In this document: piece by piece, positions 36,145 to 47,789 of the stretch
Layout of the letters: each line of letters begins with the position of its first letter
How positions within the stretch are numbered: the first letter of the stretch is position 1
DNA from: Octopus vulgaris
Lineage: Eukaryota
Reading direction: 5' to 3'
Assembly: GCA_951406725.2 (NCBI GenBank)
Contig: OX597814.1
Location: forward strand, 225,556,001 to 225,620,000
DNA length: 64,000 nt
Translations under genes and position numbers: made by a program
Notes under the pieces: model-generated
Database searches by the model: none
What the model was told of the DNA's origin: nothing
Seen by the model: only the letters and a program-made list of their open reading frames with translations

Positions 36145-37524
36145 TCTCTGTGTGTGTGTATACAGAGAGAGAGAGAGAGAAGCAGAAAATACTTATATTC
36201 TTATACTTTTACATATATACATGTATTTCAATGAGTTAATCACCAGCTTTTCAGCACATCTGCCTAAAGTAGTATTTTTTGCTGATGCGCTGAAGAGGTA
36301 AGAGATACTCAGAGATACTCACTGAAATATTATATATATATATAAAGATATAGAAAATGAGTTCTTCAACTTTAACCTTGAAGAGATTCTTCTCCTTTAA
36401 TAGTGAATCACCACTAGAGGCAAACCACATGATCGAATATCAGAAATGTTTTCTGCTTTTCCTCTATTTTAAAGTTATATGGCTCGGACTACATCTTAGC
36501 CTATCCTTCGATGTGGTGATTAGATTTATATCGTATAGGGAAATAGGAATTTAATGCAGAACTGACTCATGAACTCCAAACCTATAGGTAGCGTGTTGTG
36601 CACAATAGAACATTATTGATTTATAACAACATACATACATACACGTATGCTCACGCACGTGTATATATATATGTGTATATATATATAAAGAGAGAGAGGG
36701 GGTGTATTAAACGGAACAGGAAGAGACATGTGGAATGGGGCGTCGTTGAAGGGATCACGGGATGTGTGACGAAAGATTTCAGACAAAGGATACAAAACTA
36801 AGAACAATAATAAAGCTAAAGTGAAGAACGAGTGTTTATTTGGAGAAAAAAAAAGGAAATGACCATCTTGAAATATAACTATATATATATTTGAATAATC
36901 ATGACGCACACTCTTACTCTTTACTTGCCTTTACCTCCCTGCCTGTCTGTCTTCCTCTCTACTTGTCTCTCTCCTTCTTCTTTTTCACCCTTTCTGGTTT
37001 CTTTTCCCCTCTCTCTCTCTCCTCCTCCTCTCTCTGGCCGTTGACCAGAGGGCTACTAAAACTTTCTTTCAGCTTCGTGCTTCAACAAGCATACATCGAC
37101 TTCCCTGTCTTTCGCAAGCCGATTTTTCTCATGCGTTCTAACTAATTTTTCCACCGTCTAGGCCTAAAAAAAAGCCCTTATTGTTGGTTCCTTGTCCTGT
37201 TATTCCTTATTTGTACTGTTTTTTCTACTGTTTTTTCTTCATTTGTATTGCTTTTGCGTCCTGTTCTTGTCACTTGTTTTACCCCTCTGCAAAAGAATTT
37301 TACTTAATTCCTTTTGCAGGAAGGACTGCTTCGGCCTGGCCGTGTTCTGCCCTTACCTTCGAAACACGCATTGAGCCGAACCAGGGGCAGGCGATGAAGG
37401 GGAATTTTCCTTGTATTGTTTATCTTGTACTCTGTTTTTTCGTTGTTAAAAAAAGTCCGTTTCCTTGTTTGATTTCATGTTTTCGTTTCTCGTTATGTTC
37501 TACGTTTATTTGTGGTGTCCTGTA

Positions 37525-37558
<34 letters not shown>

Positions 37559-37657
37559 TGTATATATATATATGCATGTATATATATGTAGATGTAGATG
37601 TACATATATGTATGTATGTATGCATATATTTTATTTATTTATTATATTGTTATTGTG

Positions 37658-37713
<56 letters not shown>

Positions 37714-37781
37714 TGTATATATACATGTAGATGTAAGTATGTACATATACACACACATATATATATATATACATATACGTG

Positions 37782-37852
<71 letters not shown>

Positions 37853-37970
37853 TGAAATTTACAGAAAAACAAAAGACAAAGACAGGTCTATAAACAACAA
37901 GCAGGTGTATTAGTTTGACGCTCGTGAAGGTGAGAAAGTCTTTTACATTTCGAGCCTACGCTCTTCAACA

Positions 37971-38338
37971 GTCATTTGACTGCAGCCATGCTGGAGCACC
38001 GCCTTTAGTCGAACAAATCGATCCCAGGACTTATTCTTTGTAAGCCTAGTACTTATTCTATCGGTCTTTTTCCGAACCTCTAAGTTACGGGGACATAAAC
38101 ACACCAATATCGGATGTCAAGCAATAGTGGATGCGTACAAACACAGACACACAATTACATACAGATATATCTATGACGGGCTTCTTTCAGTTTCCATCTA
38201 CCAATATCCACTCACAAGGATTTGATCGGCCCGAGGCTACAGCAGAAGACACTTGTCCAAGGTACCACACCGTGCGACTGAACCTGGAACCATGTGGTTA
38301 GAAAGAAAGCTTCTTACCACACAGCCACTCCGGTGCCT
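37971..38338 (-). mobile_element. SINE, family A
   Basis: Collinear with the reverse complement of 19922-20320. Confidence 0.9.
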
Positions 38339-38365
38339 ATACATATACAGTATATGTGTGTGTGT

Positions 38366-38742
38366 GTGGAAGCACAATGGCCCAGTGGTTAGGGTAGCGT
38401 GGTCGTAGGATCGCTGTTTTGATTCCCAGACCGGGCGTTGTGAGTGTTTATTGAGCGAAAACACCTAAAGCTCCACGAGGCTCCGGCAGCGGGTGGTGGC
38501 GAACTCTGCTGTACTCTTTCATCAAAACTTTCTCTCATTTTTTCTTCCGGTTTCTCTTGTACCTGTATTTCAAAGGGCCAGCCTTGTCATACTCTGTGTC
38601 ACGCTGACTCATCCCGAGAACTACGTTAGGGGTACACGTGCCTGCGGAGTACTCAGCCACTTGCACGTTAATTTCACGAGCAAGCTGTTCCGTTGATCGG
38701 ATCAACTGGAACCCCCGTCGTCGCAACTGACGGAGCGTTACA
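38366..38742 (+). mobile_element. SINE, family C
   Basis: TGGCCCAGTGGTTAGG head; 3' body shared with 51404 and 58754. Confidence 0.85.
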
Positions 38743-38983
38743 TATATATATATATATAATTAATCAATATAGGGTGGCAAAAAATTTCGTAGAATTTATT
38801 TGCCACCAGCGGCCTAGTGGGAAAAAATTAAATAGTCATAGACCATTTATAAGTTCAACATCACAATCAAGGAATGGCCATAATAGGCCATTCACCCACT
38901 AGAAATAACAGCCAAAGCTTCAACCGCAAAATAACATTAATTCCGCAAACCAGGAGAAAATTAAAAAAACATTTACCCTGTAA

Positions 38984-39088
38984 TTTCTTATACGATGCAC
39001 CGTTTCATCTATTGTTTAATGGTAAACTAACCTGATTAAATTAAATCAAGCCAATCTTCCATAGGCCGATAGATTCGTCAGTAAGAAA
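38984..39088 (-). ncRNA. Type I hammerhead ribozyme (inverted copy)
   Basis: Reverse complement of 39496-39600. Confidence 0.85.
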
Positions 39089-39495
39089 CAGCCAGATCCG
39101 AGCAGATATTATCACGAGGCACCTCTATCCCTGCCTCGGCAATATCTGACCTAAAATTTTCAAATCATCGCACTCGCGCCAAATTTATCGGCAGCAAATA
39201 TAAGCCGCCGATTCCATTATGGCCATTCCTTGATTGTGATGTTGAACTTATAAATGGTCTATGACTATTTAATTTTTTCCCACTAGGCCGCTGGTGGCAA
39301 ATAAATTCTACGAAATTTTTTGCCACCCTATATTGATTAATTATGAATTTTCTGGTTAATTCCGTAATGGAATCGGCGGCTTATATTTGCTGCCGATAAA
39401 TTTGGCGCGAGTGCGATGATTTGAAAATTTTAGGTCAGATATTGCCGAGGCAGGGATAGAGGTGCCTCGTGATAATATCTGCTCGGATCTGGCTG

Positions 39496-39600
39496 TTTCT
39501 TACTGACGAATCTATCGGCCTATGGAAGATTGGCTTGATTTAATTTAATCAGGTTAGTTTACCATTAAACAATAGATGAAACGGTGCATCGTATAAGAAA
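39496..39600 (+). ncRNA. Type I hammerhead ribozyme, canonical core, long stem-II insert
   Basis: TTTCTTA-CTGACGA-ATCTAT(56 nt)ATAGAT-GAAA-CGGTGCATCG-TA-TAAGAAA; predicted cleavage after 39593. Confidence 0.85.
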
Positions 39601-39719
39601 TTACAGGGTAAATGTTTTCTTAATTTTCTCCTGGTTTGCGGAATTAATGTTATTTTGCGGTTGAAGCTTTGGCTGTTATTTCTAGTGGGTGAATGGCCTA
39701 TTATGGCCATTCCTTGATT

Positions 39720-39778
<59 letters not shown>

Positions 39779-39781
<3 letters not shown>

Positions 39782-40104
39782 CTCAGTGGTTAGAGCGTCG
39801 AGCTTACGATCGTGAGGTTGTGAGCTCGAATCCCGGACCGGGCTGCGTGTTGTGTTCTTGAGCAAGACACTTTATTTCACGTTGCTCCAGTTCACTCAGC
39901 TGTAGAAATGAGTTGCGACGTCACAGGTGCCAAGCTGTATCGGCCTTTGCCTTTCCCTTGGACAACATCGGTGGCGTGGAGAGGGGAGGCCGGTATGCAT
40001 GGGCGACTGCTGGTCTTCCATGAAACAACCTTGCCCAGACTTGTGCCTCAGAGAGTAACTCTCTAGGTGCAAACCCATGGTCAGTGTCTGACCGAAGGGG
40101 GTCA

Positions 40105-40105
<1 letters not shown>
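39779..40105 (+). mobile_element. SINE, family B
   Basis: GGCTCAGTGGTTAGAGCG..TCGAATCCC head; matches 11817-12151. Confidence 0.92.
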
Positions 40106-40142
<37 letters not shown>

Positions 40143-40177
40143 CATACATACATACATACATACATATTATATGTATG

Positions 40178-40230
<53 letters not shown>

Positions 40231-40234
40231 CTAC

Positions 40235-40277
40235 GCTGCATTGATAAAGGGCAACTACCCTGAAACGCGTCTGCAGC
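40235..40277 (+). ncRNA. Minimal hammerhead (U3-A8 core)
   Basis: GCTGCA-TTGATAA-AGGGcaactaCCCT-GAAA-CGCG-TC-TGCAGC. Confidence 0.8.
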
Positions 40278-40515
40278 TGTCTGACTAGCAGGATGAAGCG
40301 GCTGACCTCCCCTGTTCGAAAGTCTATAATGGACGCAGATTGTGTGTCAAATAGCTTGCTTGAGGCGGTGGCCTCTTGGAGCTAATCATCGACAGCTCTA
40401 GTCTTATATTTATAAGATTGCCATATTAGTATGGCGATAACTATTAATTTCCAGTAACGCTGCCGTAATCTCCTTTAGAGAGACTTAGTAATTTTTATAT
40501 TTATATATATATATA

Positions 40516-43232
40516 TGTAGTGACCCTATAGCGGTGCGCGCTCGCGCACCGTCCATTTGTATTTCGCGCGTGTTGGTGCCTTTACCAAGGCACAGAAAGG
40601 AAGGGCCCTCTCGCGCATGCGCGAACCACCGGAAGCACGACCCTGGCCAAGGCAGGGGGATCGTAGAACGTTTGACCACTAGCAGCAGCAAGCGGCGACT
40701 TGGGACCCAGCGATTGAAGGCGGCGGTCACGATATATTTTCTCTCCGGTTGATAGCAGCAGTCGGCCGAATGCCTTTAACCAAATTGTTGCCGACCACAT
40801 TCAACTTCCCTGTTCGACGCCATCTTGACCCCTTTCTGGTTTAGCGGCTGGACATTGTAAATATTACACCAGATTAACTTTCAGCCTTGCGCGCCCCGAA
40901 CCAAGGACATCAGATAACACACTTATTGTTATTGTTACCAAGAAAGAGAATAAAGTAGTATATATATATTTTACGTCTGCGTCTTGTTGTTTCTGACTGG
41001 TAGAATTCTGGATTATTAAAGCAACGGCTAGTGAGTGATTGCTTTCTTGTACCCCGAAAGTACAAGATCAGATATTCACACACTCACACTAAGTTCGTTT
41101 CACTGGTGACCCCGACGTGATTCTGGTCTAAAACCAGAGATCACTTATCAACAAAAAAATCCAGTTTTTCTGCGAAGTCGGAACACGATTTAACTCTACG
41201 CATTCAACTTTCGACGATTTGTTTCCGTCCTCTCGGACCGTTATAGAAGGAGCCCTTTTATTCTTCAACATGATGACGGACGCCATCACATCATCGATGC
41301 TATTTCTCTGCCTTCGTCATCATCATCGTCGTCTTTCTACTTCACGTCGTCGTTATCTTCGTCGCCATCATCACTAAGAACGATGTTGTCTCAAGTCCAC
41401 TACAGTCGCCTTTCCACCACCACCGTCGCCTTTCAACACCGTCGACCTCCACCAAGATGTACATAGCAACTCGCGGAAGTTTGGTCCACTTGCCGTTTGT
41501 GCATTAGCACACCAAGAATTCACAGCCCAGCACTTTCTACGAGATTTCTTCTGTTCCAGTTAACCTGTCACAGCATTGAAGCCACAACCGCTACACGATA
41601 TGTGTTCAATCGGCATCTGCATTTTGTGATTTCAACATTTCTGTTACAGAACGAACTGCTATTGTGCATCAGGCTATTATAGACTGGTAAACTAATTCCA
41701 TTGTCTGGAATAGCCCGAGAGACATTTTTTCTATGCGCTGTATGTTTTTATATTTTGCTCGCATTCACCTTGTATGTATTTCTGTCGCACACACGTACAC
41801 ACACATAAATGCTCTCTCTCACATACATACGTCACACATGCTTTTCTCGCTTGTTTTTTCCATGCTAAATTTGCCTTTTGTGGACACCCCTCATTTCTAT
41901 AGACCCTAGCGGTCACGTATACATAGAGAGGGTTGTTTGTCCATTATAACGCGCCAGCATGTCATACCTTTGTTCCTGTACGAACGAGGCATATAATCGC
42001 TTAACCACTGGCATATTCTTGCTGTTTTTTGGTCTGGCAAGCACTATTGCATTTCATGCGCCTTTTGCTTCGCACGTGTATTGCCTTGTTTTTTGCAACA
42101 CGTTTGCGTTAGCCTAATTCTTTTCCCGACTCATAGACGTCGGATGTTCAAATGCGCTGCGCCGATTTATAGGCGTAATTATTTTTCCCTGTTAGACCAC
42201 TGTTGGTCACGTAATTAACAGAAAATTATCTGTGTCGCGCATCACACCAGCATGCTTGCACTTTTGCCTTTTGTGTTACTAGCGAGCTTCTATCAATTCC
42301 ATTTCCTCTCCTGCAGCAATTGATTTAACTGCTATTTTGCAGGATCAACCACCTTTAGAGAAGTTGGATTTTAATTTCGTTTAGGTTCTTTAACTGTGAG
42401 TTTTTGCTTTCCTTCCGCTCCCTTCAGCGTAAGGCTCTATACTTTGTGACGTATACACTTTCATGCATGCACTCTTGATTTTTGCTCATTGAGTATTTTT
42501 TCTCTTTTTCCTTTAGTAAATTTTTTGTGTATGTTATAAATTTTGCCATTATATTATTGTGTGCTATTTGGTTATCTGGTGTCCACCTTGAGTTTTGCAG
42601 TCACTACAATAAGTTTCCTTTCGTGCGTACGCACTGGAGGGGAGCCTGTAGTGACGCTATAGCGGTGCGCGCTCGCGCACCGTCCATTTGTATTTCGCGC
42701 GTGTTGGTGCCTTTACCAAGGCACAGAAAGGAAGGGCCCTCTCGCGCATGCGCGAACCACCGGAAGCACGACCCTGGCCAAGGCAGGGGGATCGTAGAAC
42801 GTTTGACCACTAGCAGCAGCAAGCGGCGACTTGGGACCCAGCGATTGAAGGCGGCGGTCACGATATATTTTCTCTCCGGTTGATAGCAGCAGTCGGCCGA
42901 ATGCCTTTAACCAAATTGTTGCCGACCACATTCAACTTCCCTGTTCGACGCCATCTTGACCCCTTTCTGGTTTAGCGGCTGGACATTGTAAATATTACAC
43001 CAGATTAACTTTCAGCCTTGCGCGCCCCGAACCAAGGACATCAGATAACACACTTATTGTTATTGTTACCAAGAAAGAGAATAAAGTAGTATATATATAT
43101 TTCACGTCTGCGTCTTGTTGTTTCTGACTGGTAGAATTCTGGATTATTAAAGCAACGGCTAGTGAGTGATTGCTTTCTTGTACCCCGAAAGTACAAGATC
43201 AGATATTCACACACTCACACTAAGTTCGTTTC

Positions 43233-43233
<1 letters not shown>
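40516..43233 (+). mobile_element. Non-autonomous LTR retrotransposon (587-bp LTRs 40516-41102 and 42647-43233)
   Basis: TG..CA termini; about 2 mismatches between LTRs; PBS; PPT GGAGGGGAGCC at 42636-42646; no gag/pol ORF; sits in (TA)n. Confidence 0.95.
41104..41121 (+). promoter_or_regulatory. Primer-binding site complementary to tRNA-Trp
   Basis: TGGTGACCCCGACGTGAT, 1 nt after the 5' LTR; complements the ATCACGTCGGGGTCACCA 3' end of metazoan tRNA-Trp. Confidence 0.85.
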
Positions 43234-43268
<35 letters not shown>

Positions 43269-43429
43269 ATAGATATCTGTGTGTATGTGTGTGTATGTGC
43301 GTGTGTTTGTGTGTGTCTGTGTCTGTGTCTGTGTATAAACAAACAATAAAGAATTGCAAAGAGACTAGACATACGTAAATTAAGCATTTAGTTAAACGAA
43401 AAAATTGACTGTTTCTTTACATATTCAGC

Positions 43430-43493
43430 GCCTAGGCAACACCAGGTGCCTTGGCAACACCAGGTGCCTTGGCAACACCAGGTGCTTTGGCAA
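43430..43493. repeat. 18-bp tandem repeat, about 3.5 copies (GCCTTGGCAACACCAGGT)
   Basis: Direct reading. Confidence 0.9.
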
Positions 43494-44671
43494 ATTCAAC
43501 ACTGGCTAGTTTAAATGAAAGGAACAAACGTAAACTAGAGATATTATTTTTTAAACTGTCAAAATCTTGGGTCGTCAAAAGTTCACCTCAACTCGGCGGA
43601 GTTCAAATCTTTCGCTGTACTAAATAAACTGTTGCTATTCTCCCCATTAAAGGTGTTTAGTAAGTAACACTAAATTCACTTAGTTCATCTTGATTATTAT
43701 CCATCTCATCAGACTTAACGGTGCCATAATTCTGTAGTCTTATCGCTGCCAAATTTATAACAAAACAAATACTAAAAAACAAAGCATGATTTCTCACAAG
43801 CGCCTTTTTTTATGTATATATTATTTTAGTTTGTGACACCTAAATTCGTATAAATGTGCGTGCGCATAAGCGCGCGTTGAAGGGCGTATGTATATGAATG
43901 CCAGTGTCTTTGCGTTAGTGCATGTGTCTGTATGCCTGTGCAGGCATCGTGTGTGTGTGTGTGTGCGTTGAGTGTTGTGTATTATAGGTAACTTGTGTGA
44001 TCTATGTGCGGATGTGTATTCTAGGATGTTTTTTTGCATTGCTATTACATCTGTAGAGGTTAGGTGGGGGGTATAAAATTTTAAGAGGTGCCAAAAATAT
44101 TTCCGTGTTTAGCAGATTCGCCGCGAGTTATCGACCCGGAATGTGGCTGTTAATAGGAAATCAGGAAGATGGACTTAAAACGAATTTCAATTTCTTTCGT
44201 TTTTTCTTTTGTTTTGTTTTTTTTTTTTGTTCAATTTCATTTTTTAGGGGGAAAAATTTCGTACGGCTTTTTGTTGTTGTTGCTGCTGCTGCTGTTGTTG
44301 TTGTTATTGTTATTGTTGTTGTTCGAAACTACAATTTATTTATGGCTGGGAGAAAGAGTAATGAAAAAGGAAATGAAACTGAATAACCGATGAAGAAATA
44401 GGAAAAAAAAAACAGTTTACGTTTATGCAAAGAAGAAAAGTATGATTACAAAAGGTGTGAGTGAGCTTCATAAGAATTTCTTCTCTTTCCTTTTATTTCA
44501 TTCCTTTTTCTTCTTCTCATCGACTTCTTCCTCCTCCTTCTTCTGGTTCTCGTCTTTATACTTTCCAGCCTATTCTTTTCTGTTGCCTGCTAACCAATTC
44601 GGAACGTTGTGAAAACTCGAAAGACAATTGAACGTCTATTCACAGCCAGGTGAAACCCACGTCTCCGTTCT

Positions 44672-44674
<3 letters not shown>

Positions 44675-44744
<70 letters not shown>

Positions 44745-44870
44745 TCTCTACCTATCTCTCTATCTCCCTCCCTCCCTCTCCCTCTTTCTCTCTCTCTCTC
44801 CCTCTCTCTACCTATCTCTCTATCTCCCTCCCTCTCTCTCTCTCTCTTTCTCTCTCTCCCTCTCTCTCGC
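44675..44870. repeat. (CT)n-rich polypyrimidine tract
   Basis: Direct reading. Confidence 0.95.
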
Positions 44871-45251
44871 TCGTTCGCTCGTCTCTATTTCTCTATCACT
44901 CTTCAGTGGTCTTGGCACAATTCCATCTCACAACAGTAAGAGACCTAACTACTCCACTATTATCGATTTTCTATCTTCATTCAGAGCTGTGAAAGATCTG
45001 GAGTGGATAATTGTGACATCTATATCGTCTTAAGTTCAATAACTCATTAACTGAAGCCAAAACAGCGCAGAATCGAAATCATGAAACGCTGAAGTGAATT
45101 TACGGAGATCAGATTCACCCAAATCTATGCTTACAATTATGACAATAACCTCTAATCAAAGCAAATCTTGAGAATCTGGTGTTTTATCTGTCTGTCCGTC
45201 TGTCTATCCGTCTGTCTGTCTATCTAGCTAGCTATCTACCTACCTACCTAC

Positions 45252-45327
<76 letters not shown>

Positions 45328-45582
45328 ATATATATATATATATATATAGTGTTTTCCAAAATGGAGGCGAACACCTTTCTCCATACAATCCAGGATATTT
45401 TCGAATTTTCTTACCATGAAACCAATGGTAGCTAAATTCACAAATAAAGAAATTTCATCCACTATTGTGGTGTTGAGAACGCATTTTCATCGTTCGACAT
45501 TTACGTGTGTGTGTGTGTATGTGTGTGCGTGTGTGTGTGTATGTTTATGTGCGTATATATATATATATATATACATATGTGT

Positions 45583-45614
<32 letters not shown>

Positions 45615-45617
45615 CTA

Positions 45618-45654
<37 letters not shown>

Positions 45655-45743
45655 TTATTAATTTTATTAAATTAATTATATTTCACCCTTTTTTGTATAT
45701 ATATATATATTCTTCCAGTTCGTCGCTTTATACTTTATATATA

Positions 45744-46897
45744 CAGGGTTTGGACAAAATAATGGAAACACATTAGAATTTCAAACAAATTACACCTTGA
45801 ATTCTACGAGGTATGGACTCATACAAAGTTTTAATTGTTTCCAAAGGAATTTTTTACCATTCTTCTGCTAAAACAGTCTCCAATTCTTGTAGTGATGATA
45901 GTGGAGGATATCGACTCCTTACTGGTTTTTCTAAAATGCACCATAAATGTTCAATAATATTGAGATCTGGGGACTGTGGTGGCCAGATAAGATGTTCAAC
46001 TTCACTAGAATGTTCCTTGTGCCATTCAGTAACAACTTTGGCTGTGTGAATTGGTGCATTATCATTCTGAAAGATTGCGTTTCCCTCTGGAAACAGTTGA
46101 ACAACCATAGGATGAATTTGATCAGATAAAATGCTTAAATAATCTTGACTATTAATTCTGCCATGAAGGGAAACCATTGGGCCGGCAGATTTCCAAGATA
46201 TAGCCCCCCAGATTATCACAGATCTTCTTCCATATTTAACAGTTCGAAGATGGTAGTCTGGGTCAAATGCCTCTTTTGGCTTTCTCCACACGGATACGGT
46301 AGGTTTTTACTCCACTCTAAACGCTTTGCAACGTTTGTTTTTGAAGGTAGTGGTTTTCTGATTGCAACCCTCCATGAAATCCGGCTTTGTGCAACTCCGG
46401 GCGAACAGTTTTTGCGGAAACTGGGTTCCCGAGGTGGTCATTAAGCTCTGCAGTAATTTTGGGAGCTCTACTTTTATGATCCTTTCTAACAATTCCCGTA
46501 AGAGTCCGATGGTCCATATCTGAAAGTTTTGGTTTTCTCTCGGAGTTTTGTTTCGACGAGGAGGTTTTCCCTCTTTCCCAAAGGCTGTCATAACATTCGA
46601 GACAGTATTTCTTGATACACCAAACATTTCGGCTGTTTTCGTTACGCTAGAGCCTGCCATACGAGCTCCAACAATTGGACCTCTTTGAAAATGCGATACA
46701 TCTGTCATTTTAATGAATTTTAATTATCTTTTTCTGATGATATCTGAAAAGAAACAGCAATTTCAGCAAAAAGTATTAAGCAACATTAATAATAAATCAA
46801 AAAGTATAAAAATAAACAAGCTTTTGATGGTTTTATAGATATTTCAAAATTACGATGCTATTATGCGAGGTGTTTCCATTATTTTCTCCAACACTTG
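45744..46897 (-). mobile_element. Tc1-family DNA transposon with both TIRs and a degenerate transposase
   Basis: TA-flanked TIRs CAGGGTTTGGACAAAATAATGGAAACAC / GTGTTTCCATTATTTTCTCCAACACTTG; HTH in 46307..46708; WGAIS, FQNDNAPIH, SPDLNIIEHLW. Confidence 0.93.
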
Positions 46898-46922
46898 TAC
46901 ACACACACACACACACACACAT

Positions 46923-46959
<37 letters not shown>

Positions 46960-47789
46960 GACATACATGCATACACATTTACACATATATATGTATGTGT
47001 GTGGATGTATGTTTGTGTATATATATATATATAAAATACAAAATGGGGCAAGAACGCAAAACATTCAGACAAGTGATACAAAAAAGGGACAACAAAACAT
47101 CGAGATTGACGATACAAAGAAAACAAGGACGGGTCATTCGGAGTTTTCTTTCCTCAGTCGACTTCCAGATTATCTTTGCAATTTTGGCTGGTTATACTCG
47201 AGATTGTTCCAATCTGGCCAGCCCCAGGGAAAAACTAAGCTAAGAGCATTAGATTCCTTGGAAGAAAGCAGCGAATGTATACGAAAACAACGACAAAAAA
47301 AATGGAGAATGTTACACAAATACAAATAACATGACATAACAACAGGTGTCTTTCGACAAAGACGAATTAGATTAAGCTGGCGTGTGTGGAAATAAAGCCT
47401 TACGGCAGGGATACAAGATTTCGCAGGTGCAGGGAGGAATAAAGATGTTGCACGGACGACGGCCGAGCCAAGAAAGAAAGATCAGGCTTGGCTGAACACC
47501 GGTTACGTGAGGAGAGAAGAGAGGGAGAGGTAGAGGCAGACGGACAGAAAAATTAAGGAGGGGAGAGAAAAAATGACAGGGACACAGTGCAGGGAAAAGA
47601 GGAGGGAAAGTGAGGGATATGTGAGAGAGGGGGAACGGAAGAACGAAGAGTGGAATGAACGAATAGGCATGAAAAGGCTGATAGAAAGAAAGAATAGAGT
47701 CGTACAAGATTTAGATAAATATATACTTACATATAAGAGACCAAAGTGTATAAATATATATACATATACTATAAAGCGACGAACTGGAG

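Larger units (their letters stand above)
38756..39724. mobile_element. Non-coding hammerhead-bearing retroelement (retrozyme-like): 484-nt monomer plus an inverted, permuted copy
   Basis: 25-bp direct repeat 39216-39240 / 39700-39724; 38756-39219 is the reverse complement of a permuted monomer; no ORF; (TA)n flanks. Confidence 0.8.

Noticed and set aside
37940-37972. Hammerhead-like CTGTTGAAGAGCGTAGGCTCGAAAT (-)
   Set aside because: Conserved A6 is missing, stem I is truncated by a SINE, and there is no valid stem III.
39779-39845. tRNA genes at SINE heads (also 12085-12151, 57992, 62210)
   Set aside because: They continue into SINE bodies with TSDs and do not form complete cloverleaves.
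40485-40800. ORFs duplicated at 42482-42931
   Set aside because: They lie within the two LTRs; GC-rich chance ORFs with no recognisable domain.
44590-44945. Possible non-coding exon ending ACA|GTAAGA
   Set aside because: A single donor-like hexamer with no other support.
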